The notes: generated from the sequence alone by a model not told the origin. A DNA stretch of 64,000 nt from Balanoglossus misakiensis (GCA_040954595.2 CM082583.2:3295060-3359059), one strand, 5' to 3'; shown: positions 11,741 through 26,400, counted from the stretch's first letter. Program-made: numbers and translations.

Positions 11741-13941
11741 ATGGGGAACAAGGAATCTGTATTTACGGAGGAACAGCTTGAAACATATCAGGTAAAGGTG
11801 GTATCCCATCCGCGGGTATCTCTAAGTAGGCCTATATACACTCTCTCCGCCAGCTTAAACTTACGCGATACCATACCAGCCGTCTTGTCTCTGTTGAGCG
11901 CTGATGTAGACAGATCATAGACACGGGCGCACAGGCAAATCTTTAAATTTTAACCTCGAAGTAATTTTTGGACGTACCCGCACTTGCATGCGTGATGTTT
12001 CATCTGTTTTCATTGACAATTTCTCTACCATAAAATAGAATTTTGTTGATGTACAATGTACCTGTATTTGAAGCGGCAGATATTTTGGCGAATTTTAAAG
12101 TGTAAATGATATGAATATAATCTGAAATTTTAATTTGAAGCTTTCATACAATTTGATGACTGTGACATGCCAGACTGTAATTTCAAGTAATTAATAAATC
12201 ATTTTTTTCATTTCAGGACTGCACTTTTTTTACAAGAAAAGAAATCCTTAATCTATACCAGCGCTTTAAGAGTCTAAATCCAGCAAGGGTTCCTTCTGAT
12301 ATGAAAAATGAGGATGGCCCATTGCCAAAGATTCCATTTGAAGATACTGCCACAATGCCTGAACTAAAGGTAATAAAATAGTTTTGTATTTTGATTTCAT
12401 GTGAAATAATTGTCATTACTTAAGAAATCTGAATTCTTCACACAAACATCTACATGATTGGCAAGCTTTATTTTCATAGTATGCATACAGAAGTTAAACA
12501 ATACATTTTATAGGTATGTCTTGAAGCTTATGTTGACTATTATTCACTTAATTAAGAAATAAGATTAATTGTGATGTTTATGGGAAACATTTTTAGTACT
12601 GTGCTATTTGTCATTTCCAAACATACACAGAAAAAAACTGAAATTGTCTGAGTACAATACAAAACAGTTAAATTCACAGGAAAACCAGAAGTCTAAAAGT
12701 CAATTTATATGGAAAAGCATTTGGCATTGTTAATCATGATGTGAAATACAACTTCTGTTTTCTTTAATTATTGATTTGTATTTAAATTAAGGACAACCCC
12801 TTTCGGAGGAGAATATGTGAAGTGTTTTCAGAAGATGGTGATGGCAGATTAACATTTGATGATTTCCTTGACATGATGTCTGTGTTCAGTGAATCAGCAA
12901 ACTCTGAATTGAAAACATACTATGCATTTCATATTTATGGTAAGTAGAAATGTGTATGTATGTATGCATGTACATTGTATGTATGTATGTATGTATGTAT
13001 GTATGTATGTATGTATGTATGTATGTATGTATGTATGTATGTATGTATGTATGTATGTATGTATGTATGTATGTATGTATGTATGTATGTGCATGTATGT
13101 ATATATGTATCATTATGTATGTCTAATATTATGTATAATGTATGCATGTGTTCGTGCATGTGTGACTTTTTTTCACAGTATAAAATGAAAGACAACCGTT
13201 ATTCTTATTTCCTTTGTGTCTTTCTGTTTGCCTGTTCTGTTTGTATTATATGTTTATGATGTGTGTTTTCACATTTAATAGTAGAAATGTCAATGCCCTC
13301 TGACAATATTGATATTAACTTTAGTTTGAATGATGCGGAAAGATCAAATAAATTTTACTGAAATTAATTGTTATGCAAACATCCCTTATGGCAATCTTAA
13401 ATACATGAATGCTGGGGACTATTTTTTAAGACATTAAATATGACAATGTTGTATGATTGCGTCAGAATGTATACACACCGTTCATCAACTAGCATCCGGA
13501 CCTCTTCAGCTAGACTGATGTCAAAATTTCAGAATTTTTTCAAACTGTTAAAAAATTGTATCACTCCCTAATCACATTTTGTTTTTTATTTAATTGCAGA
13601 TTTTGACAATGACAAACATTTGGGTAAATATGATCTACAGCAAACATTAAAATGTATATGCAGAGAAGAATTGAAGGCAGAAGAAGTTGAATTCATTGTT
13701 AATCAGGTATTTCAAACCATCCAAAATTGATCAGATGATTCCTTTGAGAAGAGCTAGATATGATGTAATATTTTTGTAGACAGCTAGGTAATTAAGCTTT
13801 GGAACAAAATCATCTGACTATTAGTCGAATATGATATCTCAAAACAATCAACCAGCTGTATGCCATGTACTTTGGCAAATTGTCTTTACTGCCCATAAGT
13901 TCAATAAAATCAATTCATCTGTATCTATAACAAATTATGTC

Positions 13942-13975
<34 letters not shown>

Positions 13976-14847
13976 GACCACTAGCACCACCACCACCACC
14001 ACCACCACCATTAACATTTATTTTACTGTTATTAATACATTTCCCCCAACAAAGAGGTCATGTCTTGTTAAAGGTATACGGTCACCTCCAATTTACATAT
14101 CGACATATATAGTTGAAATGGCGTATTTGAGTGTTCTAAAGAACGCTTTATTTTCGCGTGTGCCACCCACTGAAAATCTGTGATTGGTTAGATCTCGATT
14201 TACCATGGTAACTGTGGCTAAATTTGTATAGGTGACCGTATACCTTTAAAAAGCTGTTAGTGTTTCCGCCGGAGTTCACCATGAATTTATTTCTGATTGT
14301 TTTTGTCAGGCTGTGAAAGAAGCAGACTTAGACCAGGATGGAAAGCTGTCATACATGGAGTTTGAACATGTGATTGCACGAACCCCAGATTTCCTTAGGT
14401 ATGTATGGCAAAATAATAATATATCTATAGGTAGATATGAGGCTTTTACACTTAGCGAGTCTGCACAAACAGAGCAAAGAAAAGCACTGCATTAAGTTTT
14501 GAAAATTTACCCAAAAACTCGCTTTGGGATAATCAATTTTACAACATGAAAAATTGATCAATAAGGACTTTGTGACATAACTTCATCGTTTAATCATTAA
14601 ATTAGACTGTATGGAATGAAATATCTACATCAAACCAATGAAATAGCATTAAATGAAACATCAAACATTGAATTTTGTTGATTATGTGTAGTTGCAAAAT
14701 GGATAAATACTACATTTGTAGGTACATGTTCTCTTCCTATGTATATAAATGTATGACAGTCTATGCTCTTGTATATCCTTGAGGTCCACTGAAATATGTT
14801 AATGTGGTTATTTTTTATCACACAGTTTGTTTCATATCAGAATGTGA
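11741..14847 (+). CDS. CIB2: Calcium- and integrin-binding protein, CIB2/CIB3-like (189 aa, EF-hands, N-terminal MG)
   Basis: Exons 11741-11791, 12217-12369, 12792-12939, 13600-13706, 14310-14398 and 14826-14847 are in phase. [28 protein letters not shown]...[17 protein letters not shown]...[36 protein letters not shown]2 versus CIB3 orthology is not resolvable. Confidence 0.92.
12953..13089. repeat. (TATG)n microsatellite in CIB intron 3
   Basis: Long near-perfect TATG run just after the exon 3 donor. Confidence 0.95.
14072..14245. mobile_element. Kolobok-like MITE (TTAA TSD, TIR AGGTATACGGTCACC), family copy 1
   Basis: TTAA|AGGTATACGGTCACCT...AGGTGACCGTATACCT|TTAA. Confidence 0.85.
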
Positions 14848-17407
14848 GATCCCTGCACAAGTACAGTTCACCTCGATTGTGTCACCATTGGTAATAGACT
14901 TGGATGGATATATCAAGTCCTGTGTACACAAGCAGAATTGACAATGGTCCAAAGTTGAAGATATTACACATCTCTAGCAGAATTTGCAAATACGTGATGC
15001 AGAATATCGACTGGTACCAACATCCATCACGTGAGATTTAAACAATATGATTCCAGTTTAGTTATTAGGATTTGTCTATTCCAATTGAAAGCAACAGGTG
15101 GTTTTTTTATGTGTATCATGGATATGTGTAAATAATCATTTTCATCTAAAATATCTACCAAATTGTAAATTTTCTAATAACGAGATGATAGAACATATAG
15201 CCTTCAACCTGGAATTCCAGTACAATTGATAAAACTTGTCCAATCAGGTCAAACACGCTGTTCATAAAAAAACAATTGATCACCATATTGGATTATTGCT
15301 GACATGGTTATGATGATGAAGACAAGCACTGGATTAATCAGTACACAAGTAATTGGCATCTATATGCAACCCATTGTGTACTTTGTTAATTGTACTCATA
15401 ATTCACCAATCATTCATCACTCCAGTACATTTGGGACGATCGGTTAAAATAGCAATTAGATACAAGGCAAGGATTTACGCTCACAAGTATGTGTGTGGTA
15501 AGTTTCACCACCTCGGCCTGGTGAAAATGTTGACTTTGAGTAAGAATATGCTGATCGAGGTACTCTACCTTGACAGCCAAAAGGTAACAGCCCACTGGAA
15601 GTATTTTGTTAGGCTGTAGTATATATGTATGTATGTACTGTACTGGCAACATTTTTCTTCCTGTTTTTCCCATATATGTACTAAAAACAAGTGTGCAAAA
15701 GTCAATATATCATTACTCCAACTAAGAACAATTCCTGTGTATTGATTGACATCAGGGGCATTGTGAACAATAGTACAAGCAACACACTTGTGTTTTTAGA
15801 GGGTTTGTGCAGAGAGGCATAAATAGGATATGACAAAATGAATTGCTGCATGTTGCAGAATTCTTTAGGGAGTCAATCAAGGAAGTGTATATAGCTGATG
15901 AAAAACAAATGAAGAAAAATTATCAAAACTTTGAACCATTGCCCCTAAATGTGAGAAACGTCACTCAAATGGTAAGTTTGTTTCTTTTGTCGTTTTACAG
16001 AGGATCTACAGTAGGATAGATCAAATATGAAACAATGGTCCATCAAAAGCTTTTGAGGTCATGCAAGCATTTCAATTTTTAAGGTGTTGATCATTGAAAC
16101 TGGGTATATTTTCTTTACTTGGTGTGGAAAGATTGGCTCTCAAAAGAAAGATAGCAGCTTGATGGACAAGTCTATGTCCTGCGATTTAATTTAATGTTTC
16201 TGATGTCATATCAATATTTTTTTGTGTTAATTGTCTTGTTAATGGATGCTTTTATTATACTCTTTCTAATTTATCGAAGATATGTAGTCAATAAAATTAT
16301 TCACATTTTCAAAGAAAAAATACTGTCTCTGTGTTAAATTGTTCTATCTGGAGTAGTTTGGCTACACATCACAGGTAAAAAAGAAAAAGGAGACACTATG
16401 CAGTTTACAGAAACTGTTTTATTCGTAACTCCAAACCAATAGAGCAAATATATCCTTGTCAAATTTTTCATTTTCTGTTGGCTAAACCGTCACAATAAAA
16501 TCCACATTCCTGAGGCTTATGTGCCAGGGCAGACACAAAATTACTCACTATGGCAAAATATTTGTCATTCAAATTTCCATAATTGCATATTCAAATATGT
16601 TAATTACAACCTTTCTTTGTCACACTCTGTCATGTTTTAATTTCAAATAAACATACAACACAGCCGTAGTTTTTTTATACATCGAGTTGGAAATACAGGT
16701 TAAGAAGACACTTGTGGTAAAATACATGTACTGAAGTACTGTTCTAGTTTCTTGTTTTAAAGTTGATCTAACCACTTTCAATTGTGGATGTGCATTGGTT
16801 TGTCACAAAGTATTTTCAGACTAAAAAGTCGGCATACACAGAGTATGCGTGAAAATATTATATACAACAGCTAATGGAATATGAATTTGTAATTGTAAGA
16901 ATGAGAGAAACTCTCCCTATTAGGACAATGCAGAAATCAATATGATTCATTCAGGACTTCAACCCATAATCAAACATAGAAACAAGTTGTGTCCAATTAA
17001 TAGATATGGATTCAGGTCCATTGTGGCTCACATTTCTTTCCCCTCATCTATCATCTGAAGTCAATGCGTAGACATTCTTAAAAAGAATAACTCATTTAAT
17101 TTAAGTCTGATCTCAAAAAAATTCAAGTTAAGCACAACATAAAGATTTTGGAAAATAAAACAATAATTTGGATGTGTATTCCAATTAAATACAAAAATTT
17201 ACACAAATGAAAATATAGTCAGTTACATGTATATGTTGTATCAAATGATAATAGAAAACAAAAAATATCACCAGTTTTACTGTAGCTACTATAGACTTAG
17301 ATGGTGGAGACATACACAAGAAAATACAAGATGGTAGGGTCAAAGAACTGTTGACAGGATGCTGATATGGCCAAATTCTTATGAATTGCTGGCAATTACA
17401 ACTGCTA

Positions 17408-17466
17408 ACATACATACGTACGTACATACATACATACATACATACATACATACATACATACATACA
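17408..17466. repeat. (TACA)n microsatellite
   Basis: Direct reading. Confidence 0.9.
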
Positions 17467-17739
17467 TAGCATCTTGTCATACATAAACATATGTACATAA
17501 ATATGTGCAGAAATATACACACAATACAGGCATACATGTACATACCCATACATATGTACATTTATATGTACATACATACACATACTAGACATTAACACAT
17601 ATGTACACAAGCAACCAAGCAGCCAATACAGTTCTGCTGTGGTAATTTGCACATAAACAAGATAACTGCTTCAGACTTGGACAATATTGACAGCATAGCT
17701 GAAAAGGCAAATTTGTTGATGCAGTAAAAATATAATGCA

Positions 17740-18183
17740 AAGTTTGTCACAATCGACTTAAATCACCCCAGGGACCTTACCCACCATATTTCATAACAAT
17801 TACATTAGGCAAATGCATTTTTGAAGATGATTTTTTTAAAACTTTTTTCCAAAAACTGTTTTAGATCACACCCAGGGACCCCCTGCACACAAAATTTCAA
17901 TTCGGACAAGTGGTCTCGGAGATGGTTTTTTTACAAAAAAATCCTGGCATGGCAAAAATTGAACCCAAAGTACAAATATGCAAATTTCATCATAATTTGA
18001 ATAAAACTTCCTTAGGTTAGGCATCAACACACAAGATTTCACGCTTGTATCTATTTTGGTTCTCGAAATATTTGAGTTGACAGACACCCACACATACAGA
18101 CAGACAGACAGACTACAGAAGCAAGACGACAACCTATTGCATTTAAGCTAGCTATATAGAATTCAGTCTATAGTAGCTAAAAA
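17740..18183 (+). mobile_element. Probable Helentron/DINE-1-like non-autonomous element remnant
   Basis: (CAGA)n tract followed by the terminal stem-loop TAGCTATATAG...CTATAGTAGCTA and an A-run. Boundaries approximate. Confidence 0.45.
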
Positions 18184-19403
18184 GGTAATATTAGAGTTTG
18201 GAGTTGACTTTCAGATGTGTATCATGTATGTTAAAAACATCTAACTATACCAGTGATACTGCTCCACAATTGTCCATAAAGATGATACTTGGACTTTTGA
18301 CACAACAAATATACAAACATAATTATGAAACCCCAAAATATCATGATTATGCAGGAAATTGCACAGTTCAAAAACTACTAGTCACCAGGAAATAGTAATC
18401 AGTTACTGATTCATATTCTTAAAGTCTAAATTCAAAACAATTAGGTCATCAACCAGATAAAATTCACATCTCATACAAAATCATAGGGAGGGAGATCACA
18501 AGTGATGACCCACCCACCCATTTCCTTTGCCCCATTGCATTACCTGTAAATACACAACAGACCACAAGGTTGAAGCCTGCTATTCCAGAAAATATCCATA
18601 TCTCAAGTATTGGCAGCATGTATGTAGTCTCCCTATCAAACTACATTGTAGCTATCTGTCAATGGTAGAACTGTTCTATTCTACCATTCACTGCACATTT
18701 GTTCACTCTTCATTGTAGAAGCTATCAACACAAAGAAGACCAAAAGACAGACAGGGTGCTCCATCATGGCCTTTGCACACACACACACATATACAGAAGA
18801 AAAATTTTCAAAGTAGTTGTGCGTATCGACCATCAATAAAAAGAGTTGTGCTTTCAATTTTCAATTTCTGTGAACCCTGTGAGACCTTTATATCTTGGTA
18901 TTTGTGTTGGTATGAGTCAACGTGTGCGTATTGTTAACTGCTACCCCTTCCAACAAAAATGTCCATTTTTCTTAGCTATCATTGAAACCCAAAAGTTGAC
19001 ATGTGGACAGACAACAGTTATTCAGGGGTGATGAATTCTTGCAAGGGTTTCTGTATGCTTGCAATGGAAAAAACAAATCTTTCTCATTCCTTTTTTTTAC
19101 TGATGCAACCAAATTTCCAGACAGTGATGTAGATGCTTGTTTAATTCTCTTACTATACAATATTCACGACAAACAAGTTTAGTTATAAGAATGACTGAAT
19201 GATTATAACTCAAATAAAAAATAACCCATTTATTACAGTAAGTGTGATTTCATATCAACATACTTTTGATCCCAGTTTGGTAAAATGTGACAGTGTTTAT
19301 TTACAAATTTCTCCTCCAATATAGTCTAAAATTAATCACCTATTTACATTATTTATATGGTACCTAATCAGTAAATAAGCACACTTGAATTAGAGTTGCA
19401 GAG

Positions 19404-20391
19404 CTATTCATCATTAAGGCATTCACCAATGGAATATCTGTAACCAGCCATGCTGGAAATACCATGGTAATGAACAAATGCAGCTCCCACCACTAACACA
19501 TGGAAAATCTGGTGACTTTGGAACTGAAAAAAAGTCATAAAAAGGACACTGTCAGTGGCAATCATTAGCATTTGACAATTATTACATGTACATGCCTACT
19601 TTACTAAAATGTCATCAGCGACAAATAGTGAATACAACTTGCTAATTACAATAACTGTAGACAGTATTAGCGGGCGAAATTTTGCTAATGCGTTTCATGT
19701 ACGCAAAGGCTAGGCATGTATTGGTCGTCATTTCAATGTGTAACAGCCACTTCCGCATTCAATTCAGCATCACGGTTGCATGTGCTGCTTTACAATGATG
19801 CACACAGACCTGTTACATCCATGTGTCATTTTTGCCGACACAGACCTACACCACAGGGTTTTGCCTGGATGTGTTACACAGACGAAAAATTTTGGCTGTG
19901 TATAACTGCATGTATTAAACTATTACATGACTGGTTTTTCTTTTTTGATATTTTCTTTTTGACTTACCACTATGTCACATTTGCCTGGAAAGAATCTCTC
20001 AGGCACTCGAACTGCATATAGCACTGCTCCAGTGATATACATGGTTGCCATGAGGAGCATCCAGCCGATAGCGCCTGCCTCAAATGCAAGGGGGAATCCA
20101 GTTTGTACAAAAAAGTGGACTGCTGGTATAACTGCACTCAGCCCCATGGCAATGAACACACCTAATGAGATAAACAAAAGGAATTTCAGAATATGGGTAC
20201 AGTGCATGAGGGCATTTTGATTGACTGATGATGTAAAGACGCGTACCAGTGTCATGTTTTTGCACATAGCATGTATTGTTTTCTTATTATCTTTTTATGC
20301 GACTTTGATTACATATGTCACATCATGAAATGATGAATTTAAACCTGTTAAAATGTTTGAAATTTGTAATTTTTAAAATATTTTATATTTT

Positions 20392-20448
<57 letters not shown>

Positions 20449-23400
20449 CATTTATATGGCGCCAATATCCAGAGAACTGAAAACCCTTGGAGTGGTGACT
20501 AAAACTAGTGGTCAAAGGTCATTTGAGTATGAAGCCATGTTTCAAATGTTATGAAGATGGTATACACTCACCTGCCCGTAGTGGGCGAAATTTTGGCGTG
20601 CTGAATTTGTCCCACAGTGAAACAAAAATTGCGATGACGCCCAATACACTTATGAGAACTATGTAGGCATAACGAGCCACCTGTTCACAATAAAAGCTGA
20701 AATAAAGCCATGGTATGAATGACCCTACAATGAGTAGTGAAATTCCTGAGTAATCCAATCTGAAATTAAAAAGAAAGAAAGACAGCAGTCATTACTTTTG
20801 CCTCTATAAATATGTTGAATTTAACAATAATTTATGATTTCATTGATAACCTCCTGGTCACATTCAGGGGCTGGTGTTGTTCCACAGTCTGTGTGTGTAT
20901 GTGTCAACTGTCATCAATAAATTAAGAATGGATGATCAGATTTGAATCAAATACACTGGACCGGTACTGTTATGAAGTGGCCAAAAACCGAGTAATAGAT
21001 TTGTAAGCAACTTGAATAACGAAAAACCAAAGAGTACTTTTTTTTCTATCAATGGCTGTCTATGGAAAAAAGCACCATTACTGAAGTTCTCAAATGAGCC
21101 CTACAAACAATGTGCCAAATAATGGTCAAAGGTTATACGGATTGAAAATGTGACCTATTTGCCCTTCAAAGCGTTATCTCTTAACAAAAACGTAATGTCT
21201 GTGTTTAAGCTTGGAAGTTATGGAGTGGCAGCCAGTAACCAGCACACCAAATCTTGCAATCAAGCATTATGAATGACCACATCATGAGAGCATAATTATA
21301 TATATAGACTGGGATTTCTACAGCATCTCATATTAGCTCTGAATTTAGAAAAGAAAATCATATTTTTAGAGACACACAGTTGCCACAAAGTTAAGTATTA
21401 AACCTCTTGAGATTATCACTGCACTTCTGCCAATCCTGTTTACACAGTGTCCTCTAACATTATTAATTGGTTGGATGACTGGTTAGTTGACAACGTGTTC
21501 CTATTTTAAGAATACAATTCAACCAATTCTCAAAGATCGGGAGAAGTTTAATTATTGCCTTTTGATTTAAACTGATGATACATTCTTACACTAATATTTT
21601 TTTTTTTTTAAATGAGGGAATATTGTGACTTTTAAGGTTCTTCCCCCCCCCCTCAAAAAACAACAAAAAAAAACAAACAGAATAATAAAAAGTTATGCAT
21701 CTATACCAGAGTCTTAATGTCATGTCTAGTATGAGAGAGCTCAGAAACACTCCAGATTTTTAAAAATTAAGCCTACATGTTGGATACATTCTATCTCACT
21801 GGAAATAAATGACTAACGGGAACTTCATGCAAATACAAAGGCTGTCAGTGAAAAACAAAAAAAGAACACTTAAAATCACCTTGATCATGCCTGATTGTTT
21901 GTGCAGTTAACCCCTATGAAAGGAGCTCAAATTGCCCATGTAGGAAAGATATGAAGATTTGAAAACCACCCTGTTTCAAAATGCTGTCAAAGGATAAATG
22001 TATTCAATCAACAATCACAGCTGTTGACATATGCTTTTGGCATGCTGCCAAAAATTGAAATACAACAATGAACCTACCAACATCAAAAGCGTTTAGATGA
22101 TCAATTTAAGATACCTTTCATACTATGGACAATATTGAACAAAAGTTAATAAATTCACTAATTTACAACAAAAGTTAATACATTCACTAATTTACACCTA
22201 TTTATTCAGATTTGAAATTAATTCTCAGTTCTTTGCTAAACATTAGGAACATGCATTAATGGATAGGCATGTACAGTATTAGGAACATGCTTTCATTTAC
22301 AACAGTGGCTGTATGTAGTAAGCATTAAAGGTGAACTATACTATAATTGGACAAAATGATCGTTAACTACCAGACTACCATGGTATCTTGTCAATAAATG
22401 ACACGCATCATTTCTGTAGAGTTAAACTGTTCCCACTCTATTTGTACAGGTTGACGTCAACGATGAGTCAAGCACTTCCTCTATGCTTTTATTATAATAA
22501 TAGTAAATATTTATTGTATTCCCTTGCAATTAATAGTCACACAGCTGCCGCCTACTGGCGACATTACTTTTTGATTTCATCATTGAAAAATATAACACAT
22601 ATCAACACCATTACCCCATCATATTGCCTTTTTTTGGTGGAATACACTTCATTACCCAATTTACCCCATAAGATAGGAAAAAGACAGTAAACTGAAGATC
22701 TGCTTACATACAAATAAAGGGCTGTAGATTGAGTCTACACCAGCACCACAGAGAACACGAGGACTTTAATTTGCAGGCGACAACTTTTGAACCTCGCAGT
22801 ACACCAATGAGGATTTTGATTCTACGATTTTATCACAGCATTTGGTCTAAACTTTGTACTTGACTTTTTAACAATGCTGGACTGCCACCAGCCCCTTAAT
22901 ATGTGTACAATGATGCTGTGTGACTAAATCGTTTGACACGAATGACCCATGAATGCAGACGACCCAAGTTTTCATCTCAGCCACAAAAACTTACAAGAGG
23001 TAAAGCCCTGTGAAAAAGACACAATCAAAACTGTAACAACAGCTATTAAAATGAACCAGCTTTTTTACAGGTGTGGATATGAGGCTCAGTGAGTCTGTGT
23101 TGAACATGGAATCTCAGTAAAAATATATATAACATTTTCTAGACATACAGTAACAGGTCAAATGTGGTACATTTACATAATTTATACTTTTCAAGTGAAA
23201 TTTCATCATGCTGACATGCAACACCCAACTTACTTGCTAAATAACTTGGAAACATGTCTTGAGTGACAATAGACCGTGTGGAATGCAGTAGACAAGCCAA
23301 GACACAAAATGGCACCGATAAAGAATGCCATGAAGACAGCTCGCTCTTGCCAAGTAAATCCAGCTGTACTGCTAGGTTGGATGAAGAATAGCACAGTGAT

Positions 23401-26400
23401 AACAACAAATGCGAAAAACCCTGTCAAAAAAAAGGGAGACGAACATTTGAATTATAATGTGCTGTACTACTTGTTGCAAACTTTTCATTTCGATAGTAGA
23501 GTGAAACAAATACTGGTTGTAGTAACAGGTATACAGATACATGTATGATAGCTACTGAACAGTTCGACATGTTATCAAAATTTATGATTGGTAGTTTCTT
23601 ATGAATAAACTTAGAACATCATCTGGGAGATAACATGAACAATATGTCAAGACCTTAAGTTTTATTAACAAAGTAATGAAATGTATAAGTACACACACCT
23701 ATAAGATGGGTCCAAATATTTCCAGTTTCTGTATGTACACGGAAAATAGACTTGATACAGCATCTGAAGGATGGCATTGGTGGTCTATGGTAATGTCTCA
23801 AGAAGTCGTTATCCTTGAGCCAGTCTGGTAAATGATGAAATGCTATAACTTTCCAGCCTTCTTCTAGGACATGTCTGACCAACTTTTCAATCTTCTCCGT
23901 TCTGCCCGGCTCATTTCCAGACAGCAGAGTCACCTCTGACAGTTCGTCACTCTGAAATCACAACATCGGACAAATGTCAGCAAATAGTTTCTCAACAATC
24001 AGCCAAGCCAACCCCAATAACATGTGGATATGTTTCTAAGAAGTGGTCAGTTTGCAAGACATTCAGAGAAATATTTAACTGTAGTGTGAAGAAATGAAAC
24101 AAATGACCTGAAGATAGTCAAATGTATGAGAGATACAAGTTTGTGTTTCTAGCCACATTAATTTGATAAACCTACCCTATATCATAAATAAATTAGCTTG
24201 TTTTTTTTTCAATTATTTAGACATTACAGGTATGTACATTTTGAGCTGAACAAAACTGCAAAATATTTCTGACCAATTGCCATGTGGTCTCTTTGTATTA
24301 CATCGATAAGTTCTATTCCTGACTACCGGTACTGATGTTCATTAGATGTCTAGCGGAGACACTGTCTCTCATTATATCAAAATAATTAAGAATAAATTTT
24401 CCAGTATTTCTCCAGAAAAGACTTCATTTGAAGATTTCAAGGAATACTGGAACCTTGAATTCACTTTTCTGATAGTATTACAATTACTAATCAATTATCT
24501 CAGAAACTAATTTCATGAGCAGTTTACAGTGACATGCAAATCGTATCTTAATTTTGAAAAACCTGCTCATTAATTTTCAGAAAAACGTGCCGGATTACTT
24601 GTAGTTTACAAACTGAACAGGTGAAAAGTTTCCCACAGGAATAAGTTCACGAGAATCCACAACTGATTTGATAAAGCCCAATATTAGAAACAATATGGTT
24701 GGTACAGTATTTACACTGATATAGTTGGCTAAATGGAATACAGATAATAGATGGCAATCAATTAAACATTGGCAAATGTCAATAGCAGTATCTTTCATGG
24801 ATCAATATTCTACACAGAAATTACTGTTGGCAAAACTCCAACATCAAAAATTACTGACCCTGTCAATATATTAAACATCTACATATTATGACAGACTGCA
24901 AGGACCACTAAGCCCAATGTACAATTTCATTAGAATTTAGACTGTAAAATCTTGCTAACTTTACTAGGTATTATTATTATTATTAGCTGGTGCTGCAATG
25001 TTACCTGCAGTTTTCCAAAGCCATTTTTCTTATCAATTACAATATGACACCCCCACAAACCATACATTTTCATACTAAAACCAAAGAATTTGAAGTTTAG
25101 TTTGATATTATAAGTCAACTCAAAACTGAATACTGGATTTAAGCCCAACCGCCCCCCCCCCCCCCCCCTATTTTTTTGTTGTTGTATTGTGTCACGTTCA
25201 AATGAATTTAAGTTCGAGAAAATTCCCTTTACCACTCTTTCATTTGTATCCCTAACAAGATTCATCATCAGCCTGTCATCTCCCAACTTAAATCCCTACA
25301 CATTCTTTCTCCCTATTTATCTCTCTTCTAAAATACAGATACTTTTGTATAGATTTATGCACATCTGTTTTCTGAATATAGAATATGACATGTTTGTCTG
25401 CTGTGTGGTCAGAAAAAAAAAACAGTAACTACTTTCTTTGTTCTACCCATCTGTTGTCATTTTCTAAAGATAACTCAAATATCTACTGGTACAAATGTAA
25501 CAGAGTTCTAATTGAGTCATTATCCTCACTATACACTATGACCTCAATTTTTGAACTGAATATGAATATGCTCCACTCTAGCTGCAATGATTGTAGCGGC
25601 CAGTGCTGCTTGGTTGACTGGTGTGCAGCATAACCGCTAAAAGGCCTTGTGTGTAATTTTCCAATCAACTTTCGGTCGTCAGCTCAGTTATGGGGTTTAA
25701 CTTACCTCCGATAAAATTTGAAAACCGAACGGGTGCATCCCCCCAAAAAAACACATCCGACGCCCAAATTTCCCCCAAAGTTGTCCTACTTCCATTAAAA
25801 AAACGATAAATCCACTGAAGTTTCGCCGATGTTTACAAACTTTGTCCGCCATGTTTGCTCCAACATGGCGGAACACATCGGCGAAACTTCAGTGGATTTA
25901 TCGTTTTTTTAATGGAAGCAGGACAATTTTGGGGGAAATTTGGGCGTCGGATGTGTTTTTTTGGGGGGATGCACCCGTTCGGTTTTTTAATTTTATCGCA
26001 GGTAAGTTAAACCCCATAACTGAGCTGACGACCGAAAGTTGATTGGAAAATTACACACAAGGCCTTGTAGCGGTTATGCACCTAGCAGCACCCGCTACAA
26101 TCATTGCAGCTAGCTCCACTCATGCATTAACAAGAATGCTTCATTTAGGAAAGTCTTTGATTACATGCATTAACTCCTAGAATCAGTGGTTTTAATGGCA
26201 AGCTTAATATGTAGTCTAACTATTTGTGAATGTTGGCATAACAGCTACTTTCAAACTGAAATTACAATTGTATGTTTTTTGTCATTTTTAAACTTTGAAT
26301 TGTGATGTTTTATAGAACCATTCTCAAGAATGCATATGTCTATGGAATTGTCATTATTCATTAGGATTCGCAAGGCATTTCCCACTGTCTGGTGTACAGT

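Noticed and set aside
12886-13259. Several ORFs with HTYI/MYVC repeats (also 17185-17652)
   Set aside because: Microsatellite translations.
13460-13520. Minus-strand CTGAAGAGGTCC... possible hammerhead relic (similar CTGAAGATGACC at ~32115)
   Set aside because: No GAAA core or convincing stem II; too degenerate to call.
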